Of a stretch of 64,000 bases of DNA, positions 1 to 8,237 are shown one piece after another. The notes under the pieces are model-generated. The model was given only the letters and a program-made list of their open reading frames with translations, was not told the DNA's origin and did not search any database. The DNA is from a virus. The position numbers were made by a program, and so were the translations under genes. Numbering within the stretch: the first letter of the stretch is position 1; each line of letters opens with the position of its first letter. The stretch is from the IMG/VR virus record IMGVR_UViG_3300025282_000024; one strand, 5' to 3'.

Positions 1-54
1 AGCCATGGCATCTCTCACTAGTTGATAAAGTTTACCTTTTGACAATTTCTCCAT
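1..54 (-). CDS. 5' part of a hypothetical protein running off the window (MEKLSKGKLYQLVRDAMA...)
   Basis: ATG at 54, open to position 1, purine-rich GAGGA upstream; N-terminus resembles the MKLTKxxLxxII leader family. Confidence 0.4.
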   Translation of the reverse strand, partial: MEKLSKGKLYQLVRDAMA

Positions 55-77
55 TCATTTTTTTCCTCATGTGTTTA

Positions 78-356
78 CTATGTCATATGGACTCCATAAA
101 CATAGTTTTCTAATACTAAATAGTAAGTTTCTTTGTTTAATACTATTTCTTGTACCATTGTTTCATCTACAACAATCTTCTTATTCTTGCAGTCTAAAAC
201 CTTTTCGCAGTCATCTGACGCGTCAATTACATTATACACTCCATGAGCAGATTTTTTAGCAATTTTATAATCATCAGGAACTAAAATACAAGAGTCTTCT
301 TTCTCTGGTTCTTCAGCCCTCTCGATTAACAGATATCTATTAACAGGCTTAAACAT
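78..356 (-). CDS. groES: GroES/Cpn10-like co-chaperonin
   Basis: MFKPVNRYLLIE...ILVPD...ETYYLVLENYVYGV matches the Cpn10 pattern (kPl.drvlv; gi.lpd; ey.il.e.dilav); start moved to ATG 356. Confidence 0.7.
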   Translation of the reverse strand: MFKPVNRYLLIERAEEPEKEDSCILVPDDYKIAKKSAHGVYNVIDASDDCEKVLDCKNKKIVVDETMVQEIVLNKETYYLVLENYVYGVHMT

Positions 357-636
357 TAGAAGCTCCAAACTTCTTTTCAATAGCGCTGAACATCTCATTT
401 AGATCATCCATATCAGCACCTTTTTCATAGAGACGAAAAGCTTTTACTGCGGCCCAAATATCATCTTTAGTCAACCAGCCATTTTCAATATATTCCTTTC
501 GGAGATCTTTTTTCTGTTCCTTATATGGTTCGATTGCCTCTTCAATCGCTAACATTGATTTAAGATACTTAACAACATATTGATCCCTTTCCTCTTCTTG
601 AGTTAAACCATCATCCACTAGCTTTAAATTATTCAT
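349..636 (-). CDS. Small helical DNA-binding protein, T4 DsbA/GapR-like
   Basis: 95 aa; IEEAIEPYKEQKKDLRKEYIENG...AVKAFRL coiled pattern typical of DsbA/DUF2312; SD GAGGA. Confidence 0.45.
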   Translation of the reverse strand: MNNLKLVDDGLTQEEERDQYVVKYLKSMLAIEEAIEPYKEQKKDLRKEYIENGWLTKDDIWAAVKAFRLYEKGADMDDLNEMFSAIEKKFGASNV

Positions 637-644
637 GTTTCCTC

Positions 645-2507
645 CTATTTAATTTCACATGCACCGCCAGCGCAAGCTAATTCGCCGGCAAGATTAGTAT
701 TATCTTCATGTTCTACTACATGAGATAAATCGATTTTTTCTAGGTCCGTCACCAAATTTTGGTATATTTCTTCTGTGCAATCCTCGAAGGGAGATTGTTT
801 ATACGACCCTCCATCATGAGGAAGAACACTCAACCCGTTATAATATTTGCGGTTTTCCCACATCCATTGTTGTACAGCGTCCCATTCCTCTTTTTTAATG
901 TTTATTGTGGCAGAGACATTGTGTGAATTCTGCCCTCTTTTGTGGCCATTCCCTACCCACTCCCGGCTAATCTTTTTAACCCTTTCTAAGAGATCTAAAG
1001 CTTGCTCATGTCTTGTGATTGCTCCAGTGGGCGCCTTTTGTGGTATGCTAATCACTGCTGTATCGTGTGGTCTAAAATATTCATCCTCTATTAATTTGGG
1101 ATGCATAATCGATAAATAAGTGTAAATCGCTTCGTTCTTCCCCACTCGAATTCTCCGAATATAATAATCATTGTGCCAGGCATGGATCCCGCTTGATGTT
1201 CCCAGCGTCAAAGATGTGGTACCGGCTGGTTTCACGCAAGTAGTTCTGCGAGCCGAGTTTATACCAATTAATTTTGCTACTCGTATGTTCTCTTCTTTAA
1301 CAATCCGAGCAGCTTTTTGTATGTCTAATTTTAAAACTTTTCCAGAGGCGATGCCTGTCATACTAACTCCGATCAGTGCATCTTTTTCAGTGCTTTTTTT
1401 CCAAATGTCACGCAGATAATGAAAATCCGTATAACTAGCTTGTAGCGTCGCAATAAAAGTTGCAGCCTTACATCTTGCCTCGTACTCTTCCTGTGTATCG
1501 ACATCGCTGGCATTAATTTCTGTAAGATTACAAAATTGGAAAGGGCGCAATCCAATTTCACAACAAGGGTTGGTACCCCAATCTTTATCATTCGTAAAAT
1601 AGAAACCTGGCTCGCCGGCTCGACTAGCTTCAATCCGCTCCCACAACTCTCGAAAATATTCTCTTGTGATACGATGACGCATCAAAACTAGGGAATTATT
1701 TGCTCGGCCTCTCTGTGGATTTTTTTCCCACCACGTTCCTGTTTTGGCCGCTATCATTTCATCATCATCCGCACTAAAGAGGGAGATGAGCGCAGCTCTT
1801 CGGATTCCTCCTGCCAAAACCGCATCCGCAATATGACAAATTATATCATGCACTTCAATAGGTTCAAGTTGATCTCCCCCTTCTTTAAGTTGCAAGATCC
1901 CCTCAATCTTTACCAAACATTCTCTAAGTGGTTGTGGCCCAGGAGCTTGTCCTCCGGAGGTTACCAAAAGGGCGCCCTTTGGACGAATGTCACTGAAATC
2001 GAAACGCAGGCGAGGGCCTCCGAAAAAATAACTTTTCATTAAATTTTTAACGGCATCGGACCAGCCTTCAATTGAATCTCCAACTAAATATCGGCGCGTT
2101 CGATTCTTATTCGGCTTTTTTATTTCTGGAAGTGCCTCGGTGTGGTGCTTTTGTACACTGTAGCCGACGCCCGTTCCCCCCAATAAAAGAAACATAACTT
2201 CTCCAAATGCGCGCTCATCGTCAATAGGCAAATATGCACAATTAAATATTCTATTAGGGGCTACCTCTATTGGTTTCCCTCCAAATTGCATAGAACGCAT
2301 CGAAGGTAAAACTTTTTTAGCATAAACATATTTATATGCTTCTCTAATTTCTTCCGTTAAGGCCGGATATTTCTTCATGTGCATTTTGCGATTGCGAGTA
2401 ACTAACTCTTTCCAAGTTTCTCTTCTATTTTTCTCAGGAAGATACCGTGCATATTTCATATGAACAGTGATATCTGATAAGATTTGTGTTGCAGTGTCTA
2501 TTGTCAT
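645..2507 (-). CDS. nrdJ: Class II (adenosylcobalamin-dependent) ribonucleotide reductase
   Basis: FNCAY, TNPCCEI (thiyl radical motif), CNLTEIN, TTCVKPAGTTS, C-terminal CAGGAC; no ATP cone. Confidence 0.92.
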   Translation of the reverse strand: MTIDTATQILSDITVHMKYARYLPEKNRRETWKELVTRNRKMHMKKYPALTEEIREAYKYVYAKKVLPSMRSMQFGGKPIEVAPNRIFNCAYLPIDDERAFGEVMFLLLGGTGVGYSVQKHHTEALPEIKKPNKNRTRRYLVGDSIEGWSDAVKNLMKSYFFGGPRLRFDFSDIRPKGALLVTSGGQAPGPQPLRECLVKIEGILQLKEGGDQLEPIEVHDIICHIADAVLAGGIRRAALISLFSADDDEMIAAKTGTWWEKNPQRGRANNSLVLMRHRITREYFRELWERIEASRAGEPGFYFTNDKDWGTNPCCEIGLRPFQFCNLTEINASDVDTQEEYEARCKAATFIATLQASYTDFHYLRDIWKKSTEKDALIGVSMTGIASGKVLKLDIQKAARIVKEENIRVAKLIGINSARRTTCVKPAGTTSLTLGTSSGIHAWHNDYYIRRIRVGKNEAIYTYLSIMHPKLIEDEYFRPHDTAVISIPQKAPTGAITRHEQALDLLERVKKISREWVGNGHKRGQNSHNVSATINIKKEEWDAVQQWMWENRKYYNGLSVLPHDGGSYKQSPFEDCTEEIYQNLVTDLEKIDLSHVVEHEDNTNLAGELACAGGACEIK

Positions 2508-3874
2508 TGATTTCCCCTTTTTTTCCTATAATTTTTGTATTTTTCTTGTAAGGTCTGTTCTTGTTTTTTCACTTCGTTTTTTCTCACTTCATCAAAAGTT
2601 TCAATCTGGGGAAGTACATCAATTTTAACATTAGAAGTGTCCATAAAAATGGGATATATTAAACCATCAGGGCCATTTCGATTCTTAGCAATAAAAACCC
2701 TACCCCCATTACTATTTTTATGTTGAACTGTCCGAGAAATAGAAAAGATAAAGTCTGCCACAAAACATTTGTTAAAAGCTTCGGATATCGCCTCCATTGT
2801 AATTACTTCAGCATTTAAGCCGGATCGATTCGTCTGAGAAGCTGTCCAAACAGGACAAGAATTAATTTGAGCTAAACTTCGTAGCTCTTCATAAATAGAT
2901 TCCAACTGGTGTCTTTTCTCATCATTTTTTAAATTTGAGCGTAATAAATCTCCGTAATCTACAATGATCATATCAACAGAAATTTCCTGTTGTTGTAACT
3001 TCTCTAAATGATTGCGAAGTGTGTCAACTTTTGCAGATTTTGTTGGATATTCTTTAACAATTAATTTTCCAGAAATATCTTTAATCTCATTATAAATCTC
3101 CTCTTTTCGATTGAAGAGTTCTCTCAGGGGAATCCCAGTAATACAACTATCATATCGAGAGGCAACAATTGTGTCTGATAACTCCAAAGTATAGTGGATT
3201 ACTGTTTTGCCTTCTTTAAGAGCTTGGGCTCCTAAATGCACTAGCGCCATTGATTTACCGGCGCCAGTGGGTGCAATAACGACACCTAGCTCTCCATTGC
3301 CAATACCCCCTTTGGTTAGATCATCAAGCACTTTCCACCCTGTTGTAACCGGATCTCTAGACTTTAGTTCAAACCTTCTTTCAAAATCTTCAATATACCG
3401 ATAACCATCATCGTTGTCGTTGCCCAGTTTCATCGCGTTGTTTATGAGCTTTTGGATATCGTCAAAAGAAGATTTTTTGAGGAGAGGCACTGACTTTAAT
3501 ATTGCTTCTTTTAAGACTTGTTTTTTACAAAAGTCTACAGCCACATCTTTTATATATTCTTCATCCTGCACATCAGTCCGAGACATCCTTGCAAAAAAGT
3601 CTCGTATCTGTTTTATAATTAACTCATTCTCATTAGCTAACTCCGTTCTGAGGATGGTACCCATAATTGATTCAGAGGGTTGGCGCGCATACTTTTCCTT
3701 ATAATGAAAAACTAATTTTACAAAAACTTGAAGATACTTAAACTCCAAAAAATTAATGTCTAGCACCTCTTGCATCTGATCGGCAAAAGTGCGGCTGCTA
3801 AAAATCAATTGACATAAATTTTCTTGAAATGGTTTCCCAAATTGAGAAAAATCTTCTTGTTCTGCATAGTTCAA
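2504..3874 (-). CDS. DnaB-family replicative helicase (T4 gp41-like)
   Basis: Walker A APTGAGKS, YTLEL, IIVDYGDLL, TASQTNR, KNRNG; TTG start preceded by extended SD GGAGGAGGTGAT. Confidence 0.92.
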   Translation of the reverse strand: MNYAEQEDFSQFGKPFQENLCQLIFSSRTFADQMQEVLDINFLEFKYLQVFVKLVFHYKEKYARQPSESIMGTILRTELANENELIIKQIRDFFARMSRTDVQDEEYIKDVAVDFCKKQVLKEAILKSVPLLKKSSFDDIQKLINNAMKLGNDNDDGYRYIEDFERRFELKSRDPVTTGWKVLDDLTKGGIGNGELGVVIAPTGAGKSMALVHLGAQALKEGKTVIHYTLELSDTIVASRYDSCITGIPLRELFNRKEEIYNEIKDISGKLIVKEYPTKSAKVDTLRNHLEKLQQQEISVDMIIVDYGDLLRSNLKNDEKRHQLESIYEELRSLAQINSCPVWTASQTNRSGLNAEVITMEAISEAFNKCFVADFIFSISRTVQHKNSNGGRVFIAKNRNGPDGLIYPIFMDTSNVKIDVLPQIETFDEVRKNEVKKQEQTLQEKYKNYRKKRGNQ

Positions 3875-3901
3875 CTATCACCTCCTCCCGGTGTGTACAA
3901 T

Positions 3902-3928
3902 ATTATAACATTTCTTTGGCACTGTCAA
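3902..3928 (-). promoter_or_regulatory. sigma70-type promoter upstream of helicase
   Basis: TTGACA-N15-TATAAT with TG extension (or N17-TAATAT). Confidence 0.6.
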
Positions 3929-3930
3929 GA

Positions 3931-4191
3931 CTATAAAGAAAAGACAGTAAATAGAAAGATAGACAACAGAGCGGGGAGAAGTATTCTTACAAAAACCGCC
4001 CACCCTAAAAGTCGTTTAGTTTCACTGTTTTTTTTGGCCACAAAGTATAACACAATTAATGTTAGTGCGTTCCAAAAACCAATCTTGCCTATCTTTTCCA
4101 TTTCCACATTTTCCATATTAATCAGTTGATGGATGGCGATAGTGCGGCTGAATAGCCTCTTTGCGTATATCATATTCTTTGAGAGCCACAT
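3931..4191 (-). CDS. Hypothetical membrane protein (true start probably downstream, ~4116)
   Basis: Two hydrophobic segments in the C-terminal 55 aa; N-terminal part overlaps the upstream ORF. Confidence 0.45.
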   Translation of the reverse strand: MWLSKNMIYAKRLFSRTIAIHQLINMENVEMEKIGKIGFWNALTLIVLYFVAKKNSETKRLLGWAVFVRILLPALLSIFLFTVFSL

Positions 4192-4369
4192 CTACAGCAA
4201 AATTGATCAGTGTCTGTTCAATATGTGCGATAGGGCATTTCATGTGCGTTGCCAATGCCCGGACTTTATCCCAATCTTCCCTGTTAATAGCGGCCTGAAT
4301 TTTCTTGACTGGCTGCCGCCTCATATTTTTGAAATACTCTACTAAACTTTTATCTGAATTCTTAAACAT
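4118..4369 (-). CDS. Hypothetical protein
   Basis: ATG 4369 with SD AAGGA; the longer ORF-track start (4480) lies inside tRNA-Leu. Confidence 0.6.
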   Translation of the reverse strand: MFKNSDKSLVEYFKNMRRQPVKKIQAAINREDWDKVRALATHMKCPIAHIEQTLINFAVDVALKEYDIRKEAIQPHYRHPSTD

Positions 4370-4402
4370 ATTTTTTTTCCTTGTATTTAATTTTTTAACT
4401 AA

Positions 4403-4486
4403 TAGCTGAAGAGGGACTCGAACCCTCACGCCCATATGGACAAGGGATTTTAAGTCCCTTGCGTCTACCAGTTCCGCCATTCAGCC
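4403..4486 (-). tRNA. tRNA-Leu(TAA)
   Basis: GGCTGAA/TTCAGCT acceptor, D loop GGAACTGGTAGAC, anticodon arm AGGGA-CTTAAAA-TCCCT, long variable arm, GGTTCGAGTCC T arm; CCA not encoded. Confidence 0.95.
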
Positions 4487-4501
4487 ATTTATCATTAACT
4501 C

Positions 4502-4530
4502 ATCATAAACCATATTTGTTCATTTGTCAA
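4502..4530 (-). promoter_or_regulatory. sigma70 promoter for tRNA-Leu
   Basis: TTGACA-N17-TATGAT. Confidence 0.75.
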
Positions 4531-4540
4531 GAGTTAAAAG

Positions 4541-4580
4541 CACCCCCGGCATGATTCGAACATGCGACCTACGGATTAGA
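4541..4580 (-). pseudogene. Orphan 3' half of a tRNA-Arg(TCT)
   Basis: TCT-AA-TCCGT-AGGTC-GCATG-TTCGAAT-CATGC-CGGGGGT-G: anticodon, variable loop, perfect T arm and acceptor 3' strand; no 5' half adjacent. Confidence 0.8.
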
Positions 4581-4953
4581 GCAGCGCTTTGGCTTTCGCA
4601 TGCTCTTCTCTGTGGCAATTTGCACACAAACACAAACATTTATCTAGTTCTTTTTTTACATTTTCATTAAAAGCTGTTAATCTTGCTTTAGAAATAGCAA
4701 AATCTTTTTTATCCGTGTCCTTATGGTGAAATTCTAACACCCCATAATATTTATTATAACCGCATCGCTCACATTTGCCACCTTTATATTCAACACATTT
4801 TTGTTTAAACTTTCTTTGTCTTTCTACGGTTTGTTGATTAGTACATCTTTTACAATAAGGCGACAAATCATTTCCAGATCGCCTGCGATAAAATTCATCT
4901 TTTGTCTTTGTTTTATCGCACCTTTTGCATAATTTTATTTTATGAATGGGCAT
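4576..4953 (-). CDS. HNH endonuclease with N-terminal zinc finger (free-standing homing-type)
   Basis: CxxC...CxxC, then GGKCERCGY...LEFHH...CLCLCANCHREEH; SD GGAG. Confidence 0.85.
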   Translation of the reverse strand: MPIHKIKLCKRCDKTKTKDEFYRRRSGNDLSPYCKRCTNQQTVERQRKFKQKCVEYKGGKCERCGYNKYYGVLEFHHKDTDKKDFAISKARLTAFNENVKKELDKCLCLCANCHREEHAKAKALL

Positions 4954-4980
4954 TTTGGCATCTCCAACAATATATATTAG

Positions 4981-5052
4981 AACCCCTAGCTGGATTTGAA
5001 CCAGCGTATGACGGTTTAGAAGACCGTTGCCTTTCCACTAGACTATAGGGGC
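4981..5052 (-). tRNA. tRNA-Arg(TCT)
   Basis: GCCCCTA/TAGGGGT acceptor, ACGGT-CTTCTAA-ACCGT anticodon arm, GCTGG-TTCAAAT-CCAGC T arm; CCA not encoded. Confidence 0.9.
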
Positions 5053-5065
5053 TTATCATGTAACA

Positions 5066-5094
5066 ATTATACCTCACTTAGATTTGAATGTCAA
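5066..5094 (-). promoter_or_regulatory. Perfect-consensus sigma70 promoter for tRNA-Arg/HNH
   Basis: TTGACA-N17-TATAAT. Confidence 0.88.
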
Positions 5095-5103
5095 CCTTTT
5101 GTC

Positions 5104-5127
5104 CAAAATAAACAATCGTTTATTTTG
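5104..5127. repeat. Palindrome CAAAATAAAC-N4-GTTTATTTTG upstream of the -35; second copy at 5682-5705
   Basis: Perfect 10-bp inverted repeat; ~35-bp direct repeat with 5671-5708. Confidence 0.75.
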
Positions 5128-5160
5128 CTTAATAAGTTATAACGGCCAAATCGTCAAATG

Positions 5161-5589
5161 TTATCTTGACACTTTTGGATCAGGAACAATAAGAACGACG
5201 GGCTCTTTCGAACTCCACATTGGGCCGACCTTAAATCCAGCGTCCTTGAACTTTTGTGTGATCTCATGCGACATTCTTAACCCTGCGATAGATGCCAGTT
5301 TAGTCATCTCATACTCAGAACGAAATACCTGATATTCGCCCGGAGAATACACCGGATCATGTTCTATGTCAAGTTCAAAATTATCTTTGGTAACATTGGG
5401 GAGATTGTATACAATATCTTCGATCTTCTGAATATTGGGATCTTTGTCTCCTTCAATTGCACCCTGTGTGGCAGCAGCTTGAGCAACTGCTAAAACATCT
5501 TCAAGGTCAGTATCACCATCGCTGTCGATATCTGTATCTGCTTCTTTTACAAACTTACTCCAGTTTTCCATTATAAGTTTATGTTTCAT
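5161..5589 (-). CDS. Acidic hypothetical protein, possible internal head protein
   Basis: MKHKLIMENWSKFVKEA leader, D/E-rich body, CTATTTAA motif just upstream. Confidence 0.65.
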   Translation of the reverse strand: MKHKLIMENWSKFVKEADTDIDSDGDTDLEDVLAVAQAAATQGAIEGDKDPNIQKIEDIVYNLPNVTKDNFELDIEHDPVYSPGEYQVFRSEYEMTKLASIAGLRMSHEITQKFKDAGFKVGPMWSSKEPVVLIVPDPKVSR

Positions 5590-5619
5590 ATATTAAATAG
5601 TCTCCAATAAGAGAAAAGT

Positions 5620-5639
5620 TGGTGGAAATGGCGGGATTC
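5620..5639 (-). other. tmRNA/tRNA 3'-end-like fragment GAATCCCGCCATTTCCACCA
   Basis: Resembles the ssrA 3' terminus (..GAnTCCCGCCnnCTCCACCA) ending in CCA; the rest of the gene is absent. Confidence 0.4.
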
Positions 5640-5807
5640 ACAAACTTACTCCACTTAACTCTAAGTGTAAACCTTTTGTTCCAAAATAAACAATCCTTTA
5701 TTTTGCTTTGTTGTTAGTAAAGGATTGTTTATTTTCATTTCTCTTCCTTATCGTAAAAAAACTTAGTTTTGGCTTTTAGCAGTTGGTATTCTTGTTCGTT
5801 CATTTAT

Positions 5808-6014
5808 CTATCTCTCGCAAGTTACGATCTTATAATCCTTGTAGAAAAAAACTCTTTGACCTTCGCGAGGAATACAGACAGACTCAGCGATAGAAACTGT
5901 AGAATATTTTACTATCCCCCTTTTTTCATATTTAATCACAGCAGCATCGCCATCGATTTGATGAACAACTCCCAGGAGGAGCAAAAATAACATAAAATTA
6001 ATTGATTTTTTCAT
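5808..6014 (-). CDS. Small hypothetical exported/membrane protein
   Basis: N-terminal hydrophobic signal-like segment; overlaps the cysK 3' end. Confidence 0.5.
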   Translation of the reverse strand: MKKSINFMLFLLLLGVVHQIDGDAAVIKYEKRGIVKYSTVSIAESVCIPREGQRVFFYKDYKIVTCER

Positions 6015-6861
6015 TATAACAACTTAAATATCGTTCGCCCCGGTCACATAAAAATGTGACCACAATGCCAGGCGGATTATTGTTTTTAACCCATTTTTCT
6101 GCAGCCAATATATTTGCTCCAGAGCTTATACCCACCAAAAGGCCGTTTTCTTTGGCAAGACGACATGATCTTTCTTTGGCTTCTTTTGTTGTTATTTCTA
6201 TTACATTATCAACTTTTGACATGTCACATAAGAAGTCATCACCATCGTTAATGCCTTGTATTCCATGGGTTTCTGCTGGTTCGGACGGCTTCACAAGAAC
6301 TGTTTTCATATCTGGAAATTTCACCGACAAAAAATTATGACAACCCATAATAGTACCGCCGGTTCCAGACCCAGCAATCAAAGCAGATATGTTTTCAGGT
6401 ACCTGTGTGAGTATCTCTCTGGCTGTCATTGTTTCGTGGCACTCAGTGTTATGTTTATTACTAAACTGCATTGGAGACCAATAGGTGCCAAAGTTATGAA
6501 CGAGCTTATCCCTTCTTTTTATCGCGCTTTTAAATGCATTATCACCAACTTCAATAATTGTGGCTCCAAACATTTTCATCATTTTTTTTCGCTCGGCGCT
6601 CATGTTGCGAGGCATAATAATAATACAATTATATCCATACGCAGCTGCAAACATAGCAAATGCAATGCCTGTATTCCCAGAAGAAGCCTCAACTATCGTA
6701 TAACCCTTTCTTAAATCACCAGATTCTTCAGCTTTCTTTATTATATAATATGCCATCCGATCTTTAATAGATCCTGAAGGATTAAAAGTCTCTAACTTCG
6801 CATATATTTTATCACTTATCTTGATAAGTGGTGTGTTTCCAACACACTCATGAATAGTCAT
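5998..6861 (-). CDS. cysK: Cysteine synthase / O-acetylserine sulfhydrylase (PLP), auxiliary metabolic gene
   Basis: VGNTPL, KLETFNPSGSIKDR (PLP lysine), EASSGNTG, GSGTGGT, HGIQGI, GISSGAN, DRGERYLS. Confidence 0.93.
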   Translation of the reverse strand: MTIHECVGNTPLIKISDKIYAKLETFNPSGSIKDRMAYYIIKKAEESGDLRKGYTIVEASSGNTGIAFAMFAAAYGYNCIIIMPRNMSAERKKMMKMFGATIIEVGDNAFKSAIKRRDKLVHNFGTYWSPMQFSNKHNTECHETMTAREILTQVPENISALIAGSGTGGTIMGCHNFLSVKFPDMKTVLVKPSEPAETHGIQGINDGDDFLCDMSKVDNVIEITTKEAKERSCRLAKENGLLVGISSGANILAAEKWVKNNNPPGIVVTFLCDRGERYLSCYNEKIN

Positions 6862-6867
6862 AATATT

Positions 6868-7827
6868 TTATTTATTTCCTACAACAATTTTTCTGAAAGA
6901 TGTATAAAGATCATTCCAGTTTGTTTTTCCTATGCCATCTTCCAGCATCATACCATTTGTAGAAGTTTTATTAAATGTTAATTCAGTGTCCCTGATTATA
7001 GATTTTATTTTAGTTTTATTCTGAACTGAAATACTTGGAGCATATAGCTGCATCAACTGATAATTTTCCTTAATGATTGGTTCACTCTCAACAATGTTTT
7101 GATATGCTTTTAAGGTTGAATTAGCATTCGCGCAGAATTCAACCACCTTGTCAATGCCATATGTCTTTTCTTCTGCAAGGAATGGCAAACGCTTTGCAAC
7201 GGTTGCCAATCCAATTCCCGGGACTCCATCTAAATTATCGCTCTTATCTCCCACAATTGCACGGGCCAGCGCAAAATTTGTTGGATGAATACCAAACTTC
7301 TCAACAATATTTTTTTTGTTTAATATTTCTTTTTGAGTTGGCCTATAAAGGACAGTTTCATTATCAAGCAGTTGAAAGAAGTCTTTATCGCTTGAGACAA
7401 TTACTTTTTGCCAGCCCCAAAAACCAGGATGTTGTGCAATAAAAGAAATTACATCGTCTGCTTCTGAACCGTCTGAAACTAACTGAGTTATTGGGAAATT
7501 ATTTAGATATTCAACAAGCCGTATTTGCTGCCAAATCTTATTTTGAAGTTCCTCTTCCTCAGTAAGATTTTTAATATCTCGATTGAGACGTAAGGGTTTT
7601 CTCCCTTCTTTATAGTTTTTGTTGACAATCTTTCTTCTTGCGCTGCCACCTTTACCATCCCAACAAATAATAACCCTATCAGGATTAATCTCACGACAAA
7701 GTTTTTGCAGGATTTTAAGAAACCCAACAGTTCCACCAATGGGATCTCCATTCGTAGATAAACTTGGGTTAACAATATAAGCCCTCAAAAATTGATTGAG
7801 GGCGTCAATAATCATTACTCTCTTCAT
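6868..7827 (-). CDS. 5'-3' exonuclease / flap endonuclease (T4 RNase H, PolI N-domain family)
   Basis: IIDALN, WDGKG, YKEGR, EADDVI, SSDKDFFQL, GDKSDNLDGVPGIG (H3TH). Confidence 0.92.
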   Translation of the reverse strand: MKRVMIIDALNQFLRAYIVNPSLSTNGDPIGGTVGFLKILQKLCREINPDRVIICWDGKGGSARRKIVNKNYKEGRKPLRLNRDIKNLTEEEELQNKIWQQIRLVEYLNNFPITQLVSDGSEADDVISFIAQHPGFWGWQKVIVSSDKDFFQLLDNETVLYRPTQKEILNKKNIVEKFGIHPTNFALARAIVGDKSDNLDGVPGIGLATVAKRLPFLAEEKTYGIDKVVEFCANANSTLKAYQNIVESEPIIKENYQLMQLYAPSISVQNKTKIKSIIRDTELTFNKTSTNGMMLEDGIGKTNWNDLYTSFRKIVVGNK

Positions 7828-7834
7828 GAAGAGT

Positions 7835-7863
7835 ATCCTACCAAATTAAATCAGACTTGTCAA
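7835..7863 (-). promoter_or_regulatory. sigma70 promoter, likely leaderless transcript
   Basis: TTGACA-N17-TAGGAT, 7 nt before the ATG, no SD. Confidence 0.65.
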
Positions 7864-7871
7864 GACTTTTT

Positions 7872-8225
7872 TTACTTTCTACGATTAGCTACAGTCTGGG
7901 CGCCTTTGGCGAATGCCGCTCTCCTTTCGGTGGTTTTAGTGTAATCTTTAGGATTAGCTAAAACCTTCTTAGCAAATGGTTGAACTCCCATGCCAGCTCT
8001 GTCTGCCTGTTTCGTAAAAGTGCCTTCAGTGCCTTTCTTTTCTATCTCATCGGCAGCAGCAACAAAGCCCTCGTCATCCTCTTCCATAATTGCACGGTCA
8101 GAGATGCCCTCTTGGTCTTTCGCAGCTGCGTCGGCTATGCCGGTTCCAATGCTCTCCTCATCCTCCAAAACAATAGCTAATTCTTCTTTAATAATTTGTT
8201 TGAGTTGTTGTTTTGTTAGTTTCAT
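7872..8225 (-). CDS. MKLTKQQLK-leader family protein 1
   Basis: Leader MKLTKQQLKQIIKEEL; acidic middle, basic C-terminus. Confidence 0.75.
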   Translation of the reverse strand: MKLTKQQLKQIIKEELAIVLEDEESIGTGIADAAAKDQEGISDRAIMEEDDEGFVAAADEIEKKGTEGTFTKQADRAGMGVQPFAKKVLANPKDYTKTTERRAAFAKGAQTVANRRK

Positions 8226-8237
8226 TATGGTTGCCTT

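Noticed and set aside
4370-4480. N-terminal extension of ORF 4118..4480 (MAELVDARDLKSL...)
   Set aside because: It is the in-frame translation of tRNA-Leu; the SD-led start is at 4369.
4576-4980. Group I intron in tRNA-Arg
   Set aside because: The interval is almost entirely the HNH ORF, leaving no room for a P3-P9 core, and the upstream tRNA is already complete.
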